The notes under the pieces were generated by a model. It was not told the DNA's origin, searched no databases, and saw only the letters and a list, made by a program, of their open reading frames with translations. Position numbers and translations under genes: made by a program. Shown here piece by piece: positions 31,693 through 42,386 of a stretch of DNA of 64,000 nt; within the stretch, counting starts at the first letter, position 1; each line of letters starts with the position of its first letter. Source of the DNA: a candidate division FCPU426 bacterium (GTDB lineage: Bacteria > Oederibacteriota > Muellerivitia > Muellerivitales > Muellerivitaceae); assembly GCA_963771075.1 (NCBI GenBank), contig CAVYSE010000018.1, positions 96,001 through 160,000 on the forward strand, in the 5' to 3' direction.

Positions 31693-32082
31693 ATGGTAGA
31701 GAATTTTCCATATTGTTTATCGGGGGTTGATGATTCGTTATTTGAAGGAAAGATTAAGAATTTTGCCTCGGGTGATAGGTTGCGCTTCAAAAGTATTGTT
31801 ATTTATCGAGATAAGAATTGTATTTATGTGACTACCGAGGGAAATACGACTCCTGAGAATGCAATCGACGAAACGAAAGCAATTTTTGATGTTGCTCAAA
31901 AACAATTGGAAGAAATAACAAATCGGAGCTTTGACTTCAAAAAGTTGATAGATGGTGTTTCAGTTGAGTTTTTACTGTTTGGCCCAATAGGTAATTTTCT
32001 TGCCATTATGAAAGACGGTGAGATGGATTTTGATATAGGCCGATATTTGCAAATGGCGAACCGGGAAAGTTTCGGGAGATGA
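31693..32082 (+). CDS. AT-rich hypothetical protein (cassette cargo)
   Basis: GGAGG RBS; 129 aa; composition differs from the flanking genes. Confidence 0.7.
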   Translation: MVENFPYCLSGVDDSLFEGKIKNFASGDRLRFKSIVIYRDKNCIYVTTEGNTTPENAIDETKAIFDVAQKQLEEITNRSFDFKKLIDGVSVEFLLFGPIGNFLAIMKDGEMDFDIGRYLQMANRESFGR

Positions 32083-32124
32083 AATAATTTAGTAGTTCTT
32101 GGCGGCTTGGCGGTGAAAAAAGAT

Positions 32125-32313
32125 TTAGGGGGCTAATATCAAATTCGCCATTTTTTCCCTGACCTCGATGTGGGAGAGGGTTTGGCGGGTATCGGCCTGT
32201 TGAAGACCCTTTTCGATTTTCGCCAGGAACAACAATCGCTCCATGGCGTCTTCAATGGAAGCGTTTTTCGGAAGGGCTTGAACAGCTTTGAGTGTTTTTT
32301 GTTTCGCGGTCAT
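32125..32313 (-). CDS. Small antitoxin-like protein (62 aa) without an adjacent toxin
   Basis: MTAKQKTLKAVQALPKNASIEDAMERLLFLAKIEKGLQQAD resembles small antitoxins found upstream of RelE/ParE toxins. Confidence 0.6.
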   Translation of the reverse strand: MTAKQKTLKAVQALPKNASIEDAMERLLFLAKIEKGLQQADTRQTLSHIEVREKMANLILAP

Positions 32314-32400
32314 AAAAGAAGAATAACAGCATTGATGGGCTGGTTCAATATTTCGGTTTTCTTCGCGTCTTCGCGGTAAAAAAGCCTTTAGGGGGCGAAC

Positions 32401-33591
32401 ATGAAAGAAGTGGTCATCGTGGACGGGGTCCGGACGCCCATGGGCGTTTTGGGCGGGGCCTTGAAAGACGTTCCGGCGCAGGACCTGGCCGTCGCGGTCA
32501 TCAGGGAGATCGTGAAGCGTAACAACCTGAAAGGCAGCGAGGTCGAGGAAGTGATCCTGGGCTGCGTGGGGCACTCCTCGGACGCCTTAAACGTGGCCCG
32601 GGTCTCGGCGTTGATAGCGGGACTTCCCAAAGAGACGACCGGTTATACGGTCCAGCGCAACTGCTCCTCAGGGATGCAGGCGGTCGTTAACGCCTTCCAG
32701 AATATCCAATGCGGGGACGCGGATGTGCATATCGCGGGCGGGACCGAGTCCATGAGCCGGGCGCCCTACCTCAACCGGGATATGCGCTTTGGCAAGCGGA
32801 TGCGGGATTCCATCATGGTGGACAGCCTGACGGAAGGCCTGACCGACGCGGTATGCCACCTCATCATGGGCCAGACGGCAGAGGTTTTGGCCGAGGAATT
32901 CCAGATTTCACGTAAGGAACAGGACGAATACGCCGTCCAAAGCCATAAAAAGGCTTTCCGGGCCCAGCGGGAAAACAAGTTCAAGGAAGAGATCGTGCCG
33001 GTCATGGTGCCGAAAAAGGTGCTGGGAAAGCCCGTGACCCCCGAGCCGGTCAACCAGGATGAAGGCATCAACGCCGCGCTGAATGAGCAAAGCCTGGCCA
33101 CCTACCCCACTATCTTCAAGGAGAACGGAACCGTGACCCCCGGCAATTCCTGCGGTATCAACGACGGAGCCTGCGCCTTGCTGGTGATGAGCAGGGAAAA
33201 GGCCGACGCCTTGGGTTATCAACCCCTGGGTTATATCCGTTCTTACGCCTTCGCGGGGGTTGAGCCGGAGAGGATGGGCATCGGGCCGGCTCTTGCTATC
33301 CCCAAGGCCTTGAAAAAAGGCGGGTTGGAAATGAAGGACATGGGTTTGATCGAGATCAATGAGGCTTTCTCGGCCCAGATCCTGGCGGTGGACCGGATGC
33401 TCAAAATGAACCGGGAAATCTTGAACGTGAACGGCGGTGCCATCGCCATCGGGCATCCGGTAGGAATGACCGGCGCCCGGTTGATCTTGACGGCATTAAG
33501 GGAAATGGCCCGCCGTAACGTTAACTTATCCGTTATTTCCATGTGCGTGGGCGGAGGCATTGGAGGAGCGATGGTGTTTGAAAGGAAATAA
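32401..33591 (+). CDS. Acetyl-CoA acyltransferase (thiolase)
   Basis: QRNCSSGMQA, EINEAF, GGAIAIGHPVG and MCVGGG motifs. Confidence 0.95.
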   Translation: MKEVVIVDGVRTPMGVLGGALKDVPAQDLAVAVIREIVKRNNLKGSEVEEVILGCVGHSSDALNVARVSALIAGLPKETTGYTVQRNCSSGMQAVVNAFQNIQCGDADVHIAGGTESMSRAPYLNRDMRFGKRMRDSIMVDSLTEGLTDAVCHLIMGQTAEVLAEEFQISRKEQDEYAVQSHKKAFRAQRENKFKEEIVPVMVPKKVLGKPVTPEPVNQDEGINAALNEQSLATYPTIFKENGTVTPGNSCGINDGACALLVMSREKADALGYQPLGYIRSYAFAGVEPERMGIGPALAIPKALKKGGLEMKDMGLIEINEAFSAQILAVDRMLKMNREILNVNGGAIAIGHPVGMTGARLILTALREMARRNVNLSVISMCVGGGIGGAMVFERK

Positions 33592-33593
33592 TC

Positions 33594-33660
33594 TAGTCGA
33601 CCGTTCGCAGTCGGCAGTCGACGGTTTAACTGTGAGCTGTCGATGGTCGACCGTGGACTA
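33594..33660. repeat. 7-nt-period imperfect palindrome A
   Basis: AGTCGAC/AGTCGGC-type units; 33-nt arms with 21 Watson-Crick plus 6 G-U pairs. Confidence 0.65.
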
Positions 33661-33694
33661 ATAACCTGTTAATCGTGTGATGGGGGAGGAAGAA

Positions 33695-34906
33695 ATGTTT
33701 ATCTACAAGGCGGGAGTTGTCGGTGCGGGCGCCATGGGGGCGGGGATCGCCCAGGTTATATCCTTCTCTGGACTTCCGGTTGTTTTGAAAGACACGGACG
33801 AAGCTCGTGTGAAAAAGGGGCTCGATACCGTCCGCAAGATCTACCAGGGCCGGGTGGATAAGGGCAAGATGGCCCCCTCGGAGATGGAACAAAAGGTGCC
33901 GCTGGTTCAGGGAACCACTTCCTGGGACGATTTCAAGGATTGCGACATCGTCATTGAGGCGGTATTCGAGAACATGCAGGCCAAGCAGGATGTTTTCCGG
34001 GAAATGGAAAAGGCCCTGCCCGAAACCGCCATTATGGCCACCAACACCTCCGCCCTTTCCATCACCCAGATCGCTTCGTCCGTGAAAAGGTCCGAAAAGG
34101 TCATCGGCCTTCACTTCTTCAACCCGGCCGGGGCCATGAAACTGGTGGAGGTGATTCCGGGCCTGCAAACATCCCACGACACGGTGGATGACACGGTGGC
34201 CTTTTCCGAATCGCTCCGTAAGTTTCCCGTCAGGGTCAAGGAATGCGCGGGGTTTCTCGTGAACCGGCTCTTACTGCCTTTCCTCAACGAATCCGCCTTT
34301 GCCCTGCAGGAAGGCTCCGCTAGCGCGGAAGATATCGACGCGGCCCTCCTGGCCTTCGGCATGCCCATGGGCCCCATCGCCTTGATGGACCTGTTGGGGT
34401 TGGAGGTTTGCGCGGATGTGGCGACGATCCTCTATGATTCCTTCGGCCCCCGCATGAAGGTGGCGGAAATCCTCTATGAAATGAAAAAGGCGGGCCGGTT
34501 CGGGGTTAAAAACGGGATGGGCTTTTATTCTTACGACGAGGCCAAAAAGGCCGATTTGAAATCCCTTGTGGAGGCGATCCAGCAAAAAACAGGGATCCAG
34601 GGAACACCCTTCAGCCTGGAAAGGCTCTTGTTCCAAATGATCAACGAGGCCGCCTACTGCCTGGAAGAAAACGTGGCCTCCCCCGGGGATATCGACCTGG
34701 CTATGATGGCTGGCACGGGATTTCCGCAGGACAAGGGCGGGCCTTTGCACCTGGCGGACGCGCTGGGCGTGGACGTAGTATTGGCTAAGCTGAACGATTT
34801 CTCAAAGCAACTGGGCCCCCGGTTTTGGCCCGCCCCCATCTTGAAACGAATGGTTTCTGCGAATTACTTGGGACAAAAGGCGAAAAAAGGATTTTTCAAC
34901 TACTAA
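33695..34906 (+). CDS. 3-hydroxyacyl-CoA dehydrogenase with duplicated C-terminal domain
   Basis: VVGAGAMGAGIA, EAVFE, TNTS, GLHFFNP and GFLVNR motifs. Confidence 0.93.
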   Translation: MFIYKAGVVGAGAMGAGIAQVISFSGLPVVLKDTDEARVKKGLDTVRKIYQGRVDKGKMAPSEMEQKVPLVQGTTSWDDFKDCDIVIEAVFENMQAKQDVFREMEKALPETAIMATNTSALSITQIASSVKRSEKVIGLHFFNPAGAMKLVEVIPGLQTSHDTVDDTVAFSESLRKFPVRVKECAGFLVNRLLLPFLNESAFALQEGSASAEDIDAALLAFGMPMGPIALMDLLGLEVCADVATILYDSFGPRMKVAEILYEMKKAGRFGVKNGMGFYSYDEAKKADLKSLVEAIQQKTGIQGTPFSLERLLFQMINEAAYCLEENVASPGDIDLAMMAGTGFPQDKGGPLHLADALGVDVVLAKLNDFSKQLGPRFWPAPILKRMVSANYLGQKAKKGFFNY

Positions 34907-34914
34907 CCAAACAA

Positions 34915-34976
34915 CAGCCATTAGCTCTTGGACATTAGCTTTTAGCTAACGGCCAACCGCTGAGGGCTAACAGCTG
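34915..34976. repeat. 7-nt-period imperfect palindrome B
   Basis: CAGCCAT TAGCTCT TGGACAT TAGCTTT then AGCTAAC GGCCAAC CGCTGAG GGCTAAC AGCTG. Confidence 0.65.
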
Positions 34977-34999
34977 AGGCCGGCGACCAAGGAGGAGAA

Positions 35000-35779
35000 A
35001 TGGGACAGTTCGTAAACACTTCTATTGAGGCAAAAGTAGCGACGGTGAGGATCAACAATCCGCCCGTGAACGTGCTTACTCAGGCGGTCATGAAAGAACT
35101 GGAAGGCGTCTTCGATGAGCTGGCTGGGAACAAAGAGGTGAAATGCATCGTCTTAACTGGCACGGGCCAAACCTTCATCGCCGGGGCTGACATCAAGCAC
35201 ATGGCCACGATCCGTACCCCCGAGGACGGCAAGAAAGCGGCCGGTGAGGGCCAGCGGCTATTCATGAAAATCGAGCGCATGGAAAAGCCGGTCATCGCGG
35301 CCATCAATGGGGTCTGTTTGGGAGGAGGAACCGAACTGGCCCTGGCCTGCCATATCCGATTCTGTTCCGACCGCGCCCGTTTGGGACAACCCGAGACTAA
35401 GCTGGGTATTATCCCCGGTTTCGGTGGAACCCAAAGGCTAACCCGTTTGGTGGGACGGGCCAAGGCGTTAGAATGGATCTTGACCGGGGATAATATCGCC
35501 CCAAAGGACGCCGAAGACGCGGGGTTGGTCAATCACGTGATTCCCGACGCCGAGTTGCTCCGCCAGGTCCAGGGTTTCGCGAAGAAGGTGGCCATGCAGC
35601 CCATGAGCGCCCTGAAACAGGTTTTAATCGCGGTGCGGGACGGGTTGCAGGAGCCCAACCTGGATCAGGCGATGAAAATAGAATTGGAATCCTTCGGAAA
35701 GTGCTGTGAATCCCCTGACATGGGGGAGGGTATTGCTTCCTTCATCGAGAAACGCCAACCAAAGTTCACGGATCAATGA
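35000..35779 (+). CDS. Enoyl-CoA hydratase
   Basis: FIAGADI, GGGTELALACH and GQPETKLGIIPGFGGTQRL motifs. Confidence 0.94.
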   Translation: MGQFVNTSIEAKVATVRINNPPVNVLTQAVMKELEGVFDELAGNKEVKCIVLTGTGQTFIAGADIKHMATIRTPEDGKKAAGEGQRLFMKIERMEKPVIAAINGVCLGGGTELALACHIRFCSDRARLGQPETKLGIIPGFGGTQRLTRLVGRAKALEWILTGDNIAPKDAEDAGLVNHVIPDAELLRQVQGFAKKVAMQPMSALKQVLIAVRDGLQEPNLDQAMKIELESFGKCCESPDMGEGIASFIEKRQPKFTDQ

Positions 35780-35792
35780 CAAAAATTTTTTT

Positions 35793-35895
35793 ACCGCGAA
35801 GTCGCGAAGAAAAGCTAAACACCCAGATTGGAACCCCAAGATGAATTTGATAAGTATTGAACGACATTTTGAGGTATTTTTCGCGTCTTCGCGAT
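35793..35895. repeat. Octamer-IR cassette 4 (empty)
   Basis: ACCGCGAAGTCGCGAA / TTCGCGTCTTCGCGAT, 14/16 complementary. Confidence 0.78.
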
Positions 35896-35950
35896 GGGAT
35901 AGGTTTTTGTTAGACCTTTTTAAGATGGGGAGAGAAAACGAAGGGAACCC

Positions 35951-36820
35951 TTGAAGAAGAAAATAAAAAAACACAACAAGCCCTTTCACACGCTGGAGCA
36001 ACTTCGGGAAGCCCGGCAAGAAAACCAGTTTAAGGTCGGTGTCGCCCTTTGCGGCGGGGTGGCTTACGGGATCATGCAGATCGGCATCTTGAAAGCCCTG
36101 GAGGAAGCGGGCATCCCGGTGGATTGCCTGGCAGGCACCAGCGCGGGGTCCATCATCGCGGCGGGTTACGCCTCGGGGCTACCTATCCAGCATATTGAGG
36201 AGATCGGCATCCACACCCATTGGGGCGAGTTGTTTTCCCTGAAAATGTCCCGCATGGGACTGGTTTCCTCCGGACCCATCGAGGATTACATCCGCAAGTA
36301 CTTCAAGGTCGCGACTTTCGAGGAGCTCAAGAAACCCCTGGCGGTGGTGGCCACCGATATCTGTTCCGGCGAGGAAGTGGTGTTCACCCATGGGCCCCTG
36401 GACAAGGCGGTGCGGGCTTCCTGCTCGATTCCCGGAATTTACACCCCGGTGGAAATGGCGGGACGGCAGTTGGTGGACGGCGGGATGGCGGAAAATGTTC
36501 CGGTCCTGGCCCTGAAAAGCCTGGGAGCGGATATCGTGATCGCCTGCAATGTCTTCGGCCACCCCCAGGTTTTCCCCAAGGCGACCAACGTTTTCCAGAT
36601 CCTCATGCGGGTCTGGTATTTCTTCGTGTCGGAGGAAGTCTCCTGGCGGGAATCGGCCGATATTATCATTGAGCCCGACCTGCGAAAATTCGATTTGTTC
36701 AGCTTTGATAAGGGGAAGACCCTGATCGAAAAGGGCCGTCAAGAAGCCAAAAAGCATATTCCCAAACTGCAACAAACCATGCAGCGCCGTTTTTTCCTGA
36801 GGCCTGAAATCTACCGATAG
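35951..36820 (+). CDS. Patatin-like phospholipase
   Basis: GTSAG nucleophile elbow, ASCSIPG and LVDGG motifs. Confidence 0.92.
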   Translation: MKKKIKKHNKPFHTLEQLREARQENQFKVGVALCGGVAYGIMQIGILKALEEAGIPVDCLAGTSAGSIIAAGYASGLPIQHIEEIGIHTHWGELFSLKMSRMGLVSSGPIEDYIRKYFKVATFEELKKPLAVVATDICSGEEVVFTHGPLDKAVRASCSIPGIYTPVEMAGRQLVDGGMAENVPVLALKSLGADIVIACNVFGHPQVFPKATNVFQILMRVWYFFVSEEVSWRESADIIIEPDLRKFDLFSFDKGKTLIEKGRQEAKKHIPKLQQTMQRRFFLRPEIYR

Positions 36821-36837
36821 ACAAACTCCATCAAAAT

Positions 36838-36973
36838 TTTCCACCCCGAAGGGCCGAAGTTAAATCAATGTTAAGCCCGATTTAAGGTATTTCTTCCCGT
36901 GGTTGCCCCAAAGGGTGAGTTTTTTCAATTTGTTATGACCCTTAATGCCATCCTCGTGTCTTCGCGGTGGAAA
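36838..36973. repeat. Octamer-IR cassette 5 (empty, degenerate left arm)
   Basis: TTTCCACCCCGAAGGGCCGAAG / CCTCGTGTCTTCGCGGTGGAAA. Confidence 0.6.
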
Positions 36974-37009
36974 TCCTTGTTTTTCCTTATCCTTTGACGG
37001 TTCGCTCCC

Positions 37010-37038
37010 TTGACTCCCTTGGGGCCCGTGCTTATATT
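37010..37038 (+). promoter_or_regulatory. Sigma70-type promoter of groESL
   Basis: TTGACT-17 nt-TATATT directly upstream of CIRCE. Confidence 0.7.
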
Positions 37039-37047
37039 AACGCCCTC

Positions 37048-37074
37048 TTAGCACTCGTTCTAATTGAGTGCTAA
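37048..37074 (+). promoter_or_regulatory. CIRCE element (HrcA operator)
   Basis: Exact consensus TTAGCACTC-N9-GAGTGCTAA upstream of groES. Confidence 0.97.
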
Positions 37075-37163
37075 ATCGACTCATTCGGTTTTTAACAACA
37101 AGTTTCATGTCCCGCGGGCCCCGTTCTAAAGGGCCCGGGATTCAAATCACAGGAGGTTGGTTG

Positions 37164-37454
37164 ATGAAATTCCGTCCTTTGTATGACCGCATCATGGTGG
37201 AACGCGTGGAAGAGGAAGAAAAGACCAAAACCGGGATCATCATTCCCGACGCGGCTCGTGAGAAGCAGCAGCGCGGAAAGGTGATTTCCGTGGGTAAGGG
37301 CCGAGTCACTGAGAAGGGTGAAATTATTCCCCTGATCGTGAAAGAGGGGGACGTGGTCCTCTTCGAGAAATACGGCGGCGAGGACCTCAAGATCGACGGC
37401 AAAGAATACGTCGTATTGAAGGAAGAGGGTGTCATCGGGATCGTGGAAGGCTGA
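37164..37454 (+). CDS. groES: Co-chaperonin GroES
   Basis: MKFRPLYDRIMV...GIIIPD; AGGAGG RBS. Confidence 0.97.
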   Translation: MKFRPLYDRIMVERVEEEEKTKTGIIIPDAAREKQQRGKVISVGKGRVTEKGEIIPLIVKEGDVVLFEKYGGEDLKIDGKEYVVLKEEGVIGIVEG

Positions 37455-37494
37455 TTTTTAGCAGGTTCAACATTCACTTTTTAACATTCGATAA

Positions 37495-39153
<1,659 letters not shown>

Positions 39154-39156
39154 AAG

Positions 39157-39191
39157 CAGTCCGCAGTCGACAGCTAACGGTCGACGGCTAG
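39157..39191. repeat. 7-nt tandem array C
   Basis: CAGTCCG CAGTCGA CAGCTAA CGGTCGA CGGCTAG just after the groEL stop. Confidence 0.65.
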
Positions 39192-39207
39192 AAGCAAAGG
39201 CTAAATC

Positions 39208-39240
39208 AAAAGCCCTCGGCGAAGACGCCGGGGGCTTTTT
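39208..39240 (+). terminator. Rho-independent terminator of groESL
   Basis: AAAAGCCCTCGGCG-AAGA-CGCCGGGGGCTTTTT. Confidence 0.88.
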
Positions 39241-39326
39241 GCTTTATGGAGCCCAGAGGTGGCGTTGACACTACCCGGTTCCATCCCTATTATTAAGTTC
39301 ACTTAGAGAGAAAAAGGGGAAAAACA

Positions 39327-39632
39327 ATGCCGAATTACGACTATGCCTGCGATAAATGCGGGAAATTTGAGGTTTGGCAATCCATAAAGGATAATGCCCT
39401 AACCGCCTGCCCGACCTGCGGGTCCAAGGTGGAAAGGCTGATCTCGGCCAATGTGGGTTTTATCCTGAAGGGATCAGGGTTCTACCAGAATGAATACAAG
39501 AATAAACCGGCGGCACCGGTGATGGATAAGAAACAACCCGCTCCGGCTGTTGAAACCACCCCCCCGGCTTCTTGCGCGGCGGGAGATGCCTGTTGCGGCG
39601 GGGTTTGCAGCACGGCTTCATCGGATAATTGA
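39327..39632 (+). CDS. FmdB-family zinc-ribbon protein
   Basis: MPNYDYACDKCG...CPTCG...KGSGFY. Confidence 0.9.
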   Translation: MPNYDYACDKCGKFEVWQSIKDNALTACPTCGSKVERLISANVGFILKGSGFYQNEYKNKPAAPVMDKKQPAPAVETTPPASCAAGDACCGGVCSTASSDN

Positions 39633-39661
39633 TTATTTAATATAACTTCGGGAGTCTAAGC

Positions 39662-39847
39662 ATGGCACCAGGATGGATCATCGGGATCGTAGTGGGTTAC
39701 GTTTTTTTCAACCTGGGATTATGGAAGTCCGATTCCACACCCAAACCCCAGGACACCCTTTGGGCCATGGCCATGCTGGGGGGAACCCTGCTGATGTTCG
39801 TTTCCGTGCTGTTGTGGGCCGTTCCCAATTTCTTTACCGCTCCCTGA
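39662..39847 (+). CDS. Small membrane protein
   Basis: Two hydrophobic segments; GGAG RBS. Confidence 0.6.
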   Translation: MAPGWIIGIVVGYVFFNLGLWKSDSTPKPQDTLWAMAMLGGTLLMFVSVLLWAVPNFFTAP

Positions 39848-39863
39848 ACCCTCGAGGAAACCC

Positions 39864-40193
39864 TTGAAAGAACTCATCAGCGAACAACAGGCCGACTGGA
39901 TCATCCTGGGTTTATCGGTCGCCATCGCGCTGGGTGGTTTGGTGTTCGGCTTCCTCTTCTCCAAAACCAAAAAGGGCGCTGAAAAAAAGGCCCATTGGGC
40001 CCAGGCCTTGCTGGTGACCCTCATCGGGTTGACCGTCTGGGGCTTTTGGAACCTTTACAATTCCATCGAGAATTACTACGGCCTGGATTCCCTGAAGGCC
40101 TTGGGCATCAATTTTTGTATCGCGGTCGGTTTGGGCCTTTTGTTTTTAGCCCTATTCTGGTTTGTCCCTTCCTGGGCCTCGAAATCCAAGTAG
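39864..40193 (+). CDS. Three-TM membrane protein
   Basis: Three hydrophobic segments; GAGG RBS. Confidence 0.65.
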   Translation: MKELISEQQADWIILGLSVAIALGGLVFGFLFSKTKKGAEKKAHWAQALLVTLIGLTVWGFWNLYNSIENYYGLDSLKALGINFCIAVGLGLLFLALFWFVPSWASKSK

Positions 40194-40337
40194 TTTTCAC
40201 CGCGAAGAAAGACTTAAACCATCTATGTTTCAACACCAAGACACCCGGCCTTTTGAAACACAATCATTGGGTAATGGCCCGGAAACCAAACCATTAACCC
40301 GGCTATTCCCGATGCCCTCGCGCTTTCACGGTGAAAA
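40194..40337. repeat. Octamer-IR cassette 6 (empty, decayed)
   Basis: TTTTCACCGCGAA / TTCACGGTGAAAA (12/13); starts at the base after the TAG stop. Confidence 0.65.
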
Positions 40338-40398
40338 ATGCGTCTTGTTTGGGACTTTTCACCAAAACTGCCACCGGGCAGAGTGCGTCTAAACGATC

Positions 40399-41289
40399 AT
40401 GAAATCCCCAAGTTCTTCCGATCCCCTTTCCGTATTAAGAGAAGTTAAAAGGCTCGAACTCGTCACCCGCGGGGCGGTGGACACCCTCTTGAAAGGTTCT
40501 TACAAGAGCACCTTCCGGGGCCAGGGTCTTGAATTCCACCAGGTGCGGGAATACGACCCCCAGGACGATTACCGTTCCATCGATTGGAACGTGACCGCCC
40601 GGCTGAACGCCCCCTACGTCAAGACCTTCATTGAGGAAAGGGAACTGCAGGTCATACTGGCGGTGGACCTTTCCGCGTCCCTCTGGTACGGCACAGGGCC
40701 TTCCAGCAAACGCGAGACCGCCCTGCGGCTTTGCGCCCTTTTGGCTTTTGCCGCCGTCCAGCACCAGGACCGGGTCGGGCTTCTCGTCTTCACGGACCGA
40801 GTTGAGTATTACGTGCCTCCCAAAAGGGGCAAGGCCGCTACCTTAGGCCTGCTGCGGACCCTCATTACCTTCAAGCCGAAGGGGAAAAAAACCCTCTTTC
40901 GTCCAGCCCTTCAAATGCTCACCAAAGTCCTGCGCCGCCGTAGCGTTCTTTTTTGGATCTCCGACTTTACCGAACCCATTCCCATGGAGGAGGCCAGCTT
41001 CCTCGCCAAGAGGCACGACATGGTCGCCGCGGTTTTGAAAGACCCCGTCGAAGCGGGTTTCAAGCTGCCCGCGAGGGTGGCGGTGCGGGATCCCGAGACC
41101 GGCAAGGTGGGTTTTCTATCGCCCGGGTCCATGAAGGCCTACCAAATGGCCGATGAGTTCCGGGAAAAACAGCTGAGGGCCTTGACCGCCAAGGGGGTGG
41201 ACCGGCTTAACCTGACCGCCGGGGCCGGGGTCGTGACCGCCTTGAAGGGTTTCTTCAAGACCCGCATGGAACGCATGGGCAGGCGCTGA
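40399..41289 (+). CDS. DUF58 (MoxR-associated) protein
   Basis: GQGLEFHQVREY, IDWNVTAR, VDLSAS and WISDF motifs. Confidence 0.92.
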   Translation: MKSPSSSDPLSVLREVKRLELVTRGAVDTLLKGSYKSTFRGQGLEFHQVREYDPQDDYRSIDWNVTARLNAPYVKTFIEERELQVILAVDLSASLWYGTGPSSKRETALRLCALLAFAAVQHQDRVGLLVFTDRVEYYVPPKRGKAATLGLLRTLITFKPKGKKTLFRPALQMLTKVLRRRSVLFWISDFTEPIPMEEASFLAKRHDMVAAVLKDPVEAGFKLPARVAVRDPETGKVGFLSPGSMKAYQMADEFREKQLRALTAKGVDRLNLTAGAGVVTALKGFFKTRMERMGRR

Positions 41290-42386
41290 TGATCCCCGGG
41301 AACTTCCATTTCGCCGACCCCCAATGGCTATACCTGGCCTTCGCGCTTCCCCTGGTGCCCCTGGCTTTTTACCTTTCCGCCCGGCTTAAGCCTTCCACCC
41401 TTTACCTTGGAAACCCCCGGCTCGTCGCGGCCGCGCCCAGCTTCTGGTCCGGGGTTTGGTTTCCCTGGCTCCTGCGGCTGTTGGTTCTTCTGCTTTGCAT
41501 CGTGGCCGCCGCCAAGCCCCAGGCCGGCCAAAAAAAAGTGGAGCAGAAAAAACAAGTGACCGACCTTTTCGTGGCCTTCGACGTTTCCGGCTCCATGCTC
41601 ACGGCCGATCTGAAACCCAACCGGGTTACCGCCGCCAAGAAGCTTCTTTCGGAGTTCCTGGACAAGGTTCAGGATGTGCGGGTGGGACTGACCGTTTTCG
41701 CCAGCATCAGTTTTACCCAGTGCCCCCTGACCACCGACATGGCCATCGTTAAAAAACTACTGGCCAACGTGGATGTCTATTCGGTCAAGCTGGATGGGAC
41801 CGCCATCGGGGACGCGCTCGTCTCAAGCTTGAATCGGATGCAACAAGGCATTGGAAAGATAGGCGGCGACGAAGAAACCAAACCCACACTGATTGGAAAA
41901 TTACTGGCCGAACCCACTCCAAGCGGCGAAGCCGCGCCCAAGGACACCCAGGCGATCCTTCTTCTCACGGACGGGGGCAACAACGCCGGGATCGTGGACC
42001 CCCTTCAAGCGGCCCGGATCCTAGCCTCCAAGGGCGTGAAGGTTTACGCCATCGGGGTGGGTGGAAATGGTTCAGCCAACCTGTTTTACCAGGGACGGAC
42101 TTACGCCCAAACCGATCAATATGGAAACCCGCTTCACGACGAAGGGGTGGACAAGGTGCTTTTAGGTGAAATCGCACGCATTACGGGGGGAAGGGTTTAT
42201 TTTGCCCAGAACAACCAAGCCCTCGAGAGCGTCTTAAAAGACATAGCCCAGCTTCAAAAAAGAGAGGTTTCCACCGTAACCAGCTGGCAATACGAGGAAC
42301 TGGGTTTTTGGTTCCTATTGGCCGCTTTTGCCCTATTGCTCCTGGACTTGGTTTTGGAAACCACCCTATTGAGGACCTTGCCATGA
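41289..42386 (+). CDS. BatA-like vWA-domain membrane protein
   Basis: FADPQWL, DVSGSM MIDAS, PLTTD, GTAIGDA and LLTDG motifs. Confidence 0.9.
   Translation: MIPGNFHFADPQWLYLAFALPLVPLAFYLSARLKPSTLYLGNPRLVAAAPSFWSGVWFPWLLRLLVLLLCIVAAAKPQAGQKKVEQKKQVTDLFVAFDVSGSMLTADLKPNRVTAAKKLLSEFLDKVQDVRVGLTVFASISFTQCPLTTDMAIVKKLLANVDVYSVKLDGTAIGDALVSSLNRMQQGIGKIGGDEETKPTLIGKLLAEPTPSGEAAPKDTQAILLLTDGGNNAGIVDPLQAARILASKGVKVYAIGVGGNGSANLFYQGRTYAQTDQYGNPLHDEGVDKVLLGEIARITGGRVYFAQNNQALESVLKDIAQLQKREVSTVTSWQYEELGFWFLLAAFALLLLDLVLETTLLRTLP

Larger units (their letters stand above)
31650..32377. mobile_element. Octamer-IR cassette 3 (compound: one left arm, two right arms, two cargo genes)
   Basis: Left arm 31650-31675; right arms 32097-32114 and 32360-32377. 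Confidence 0.7.
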
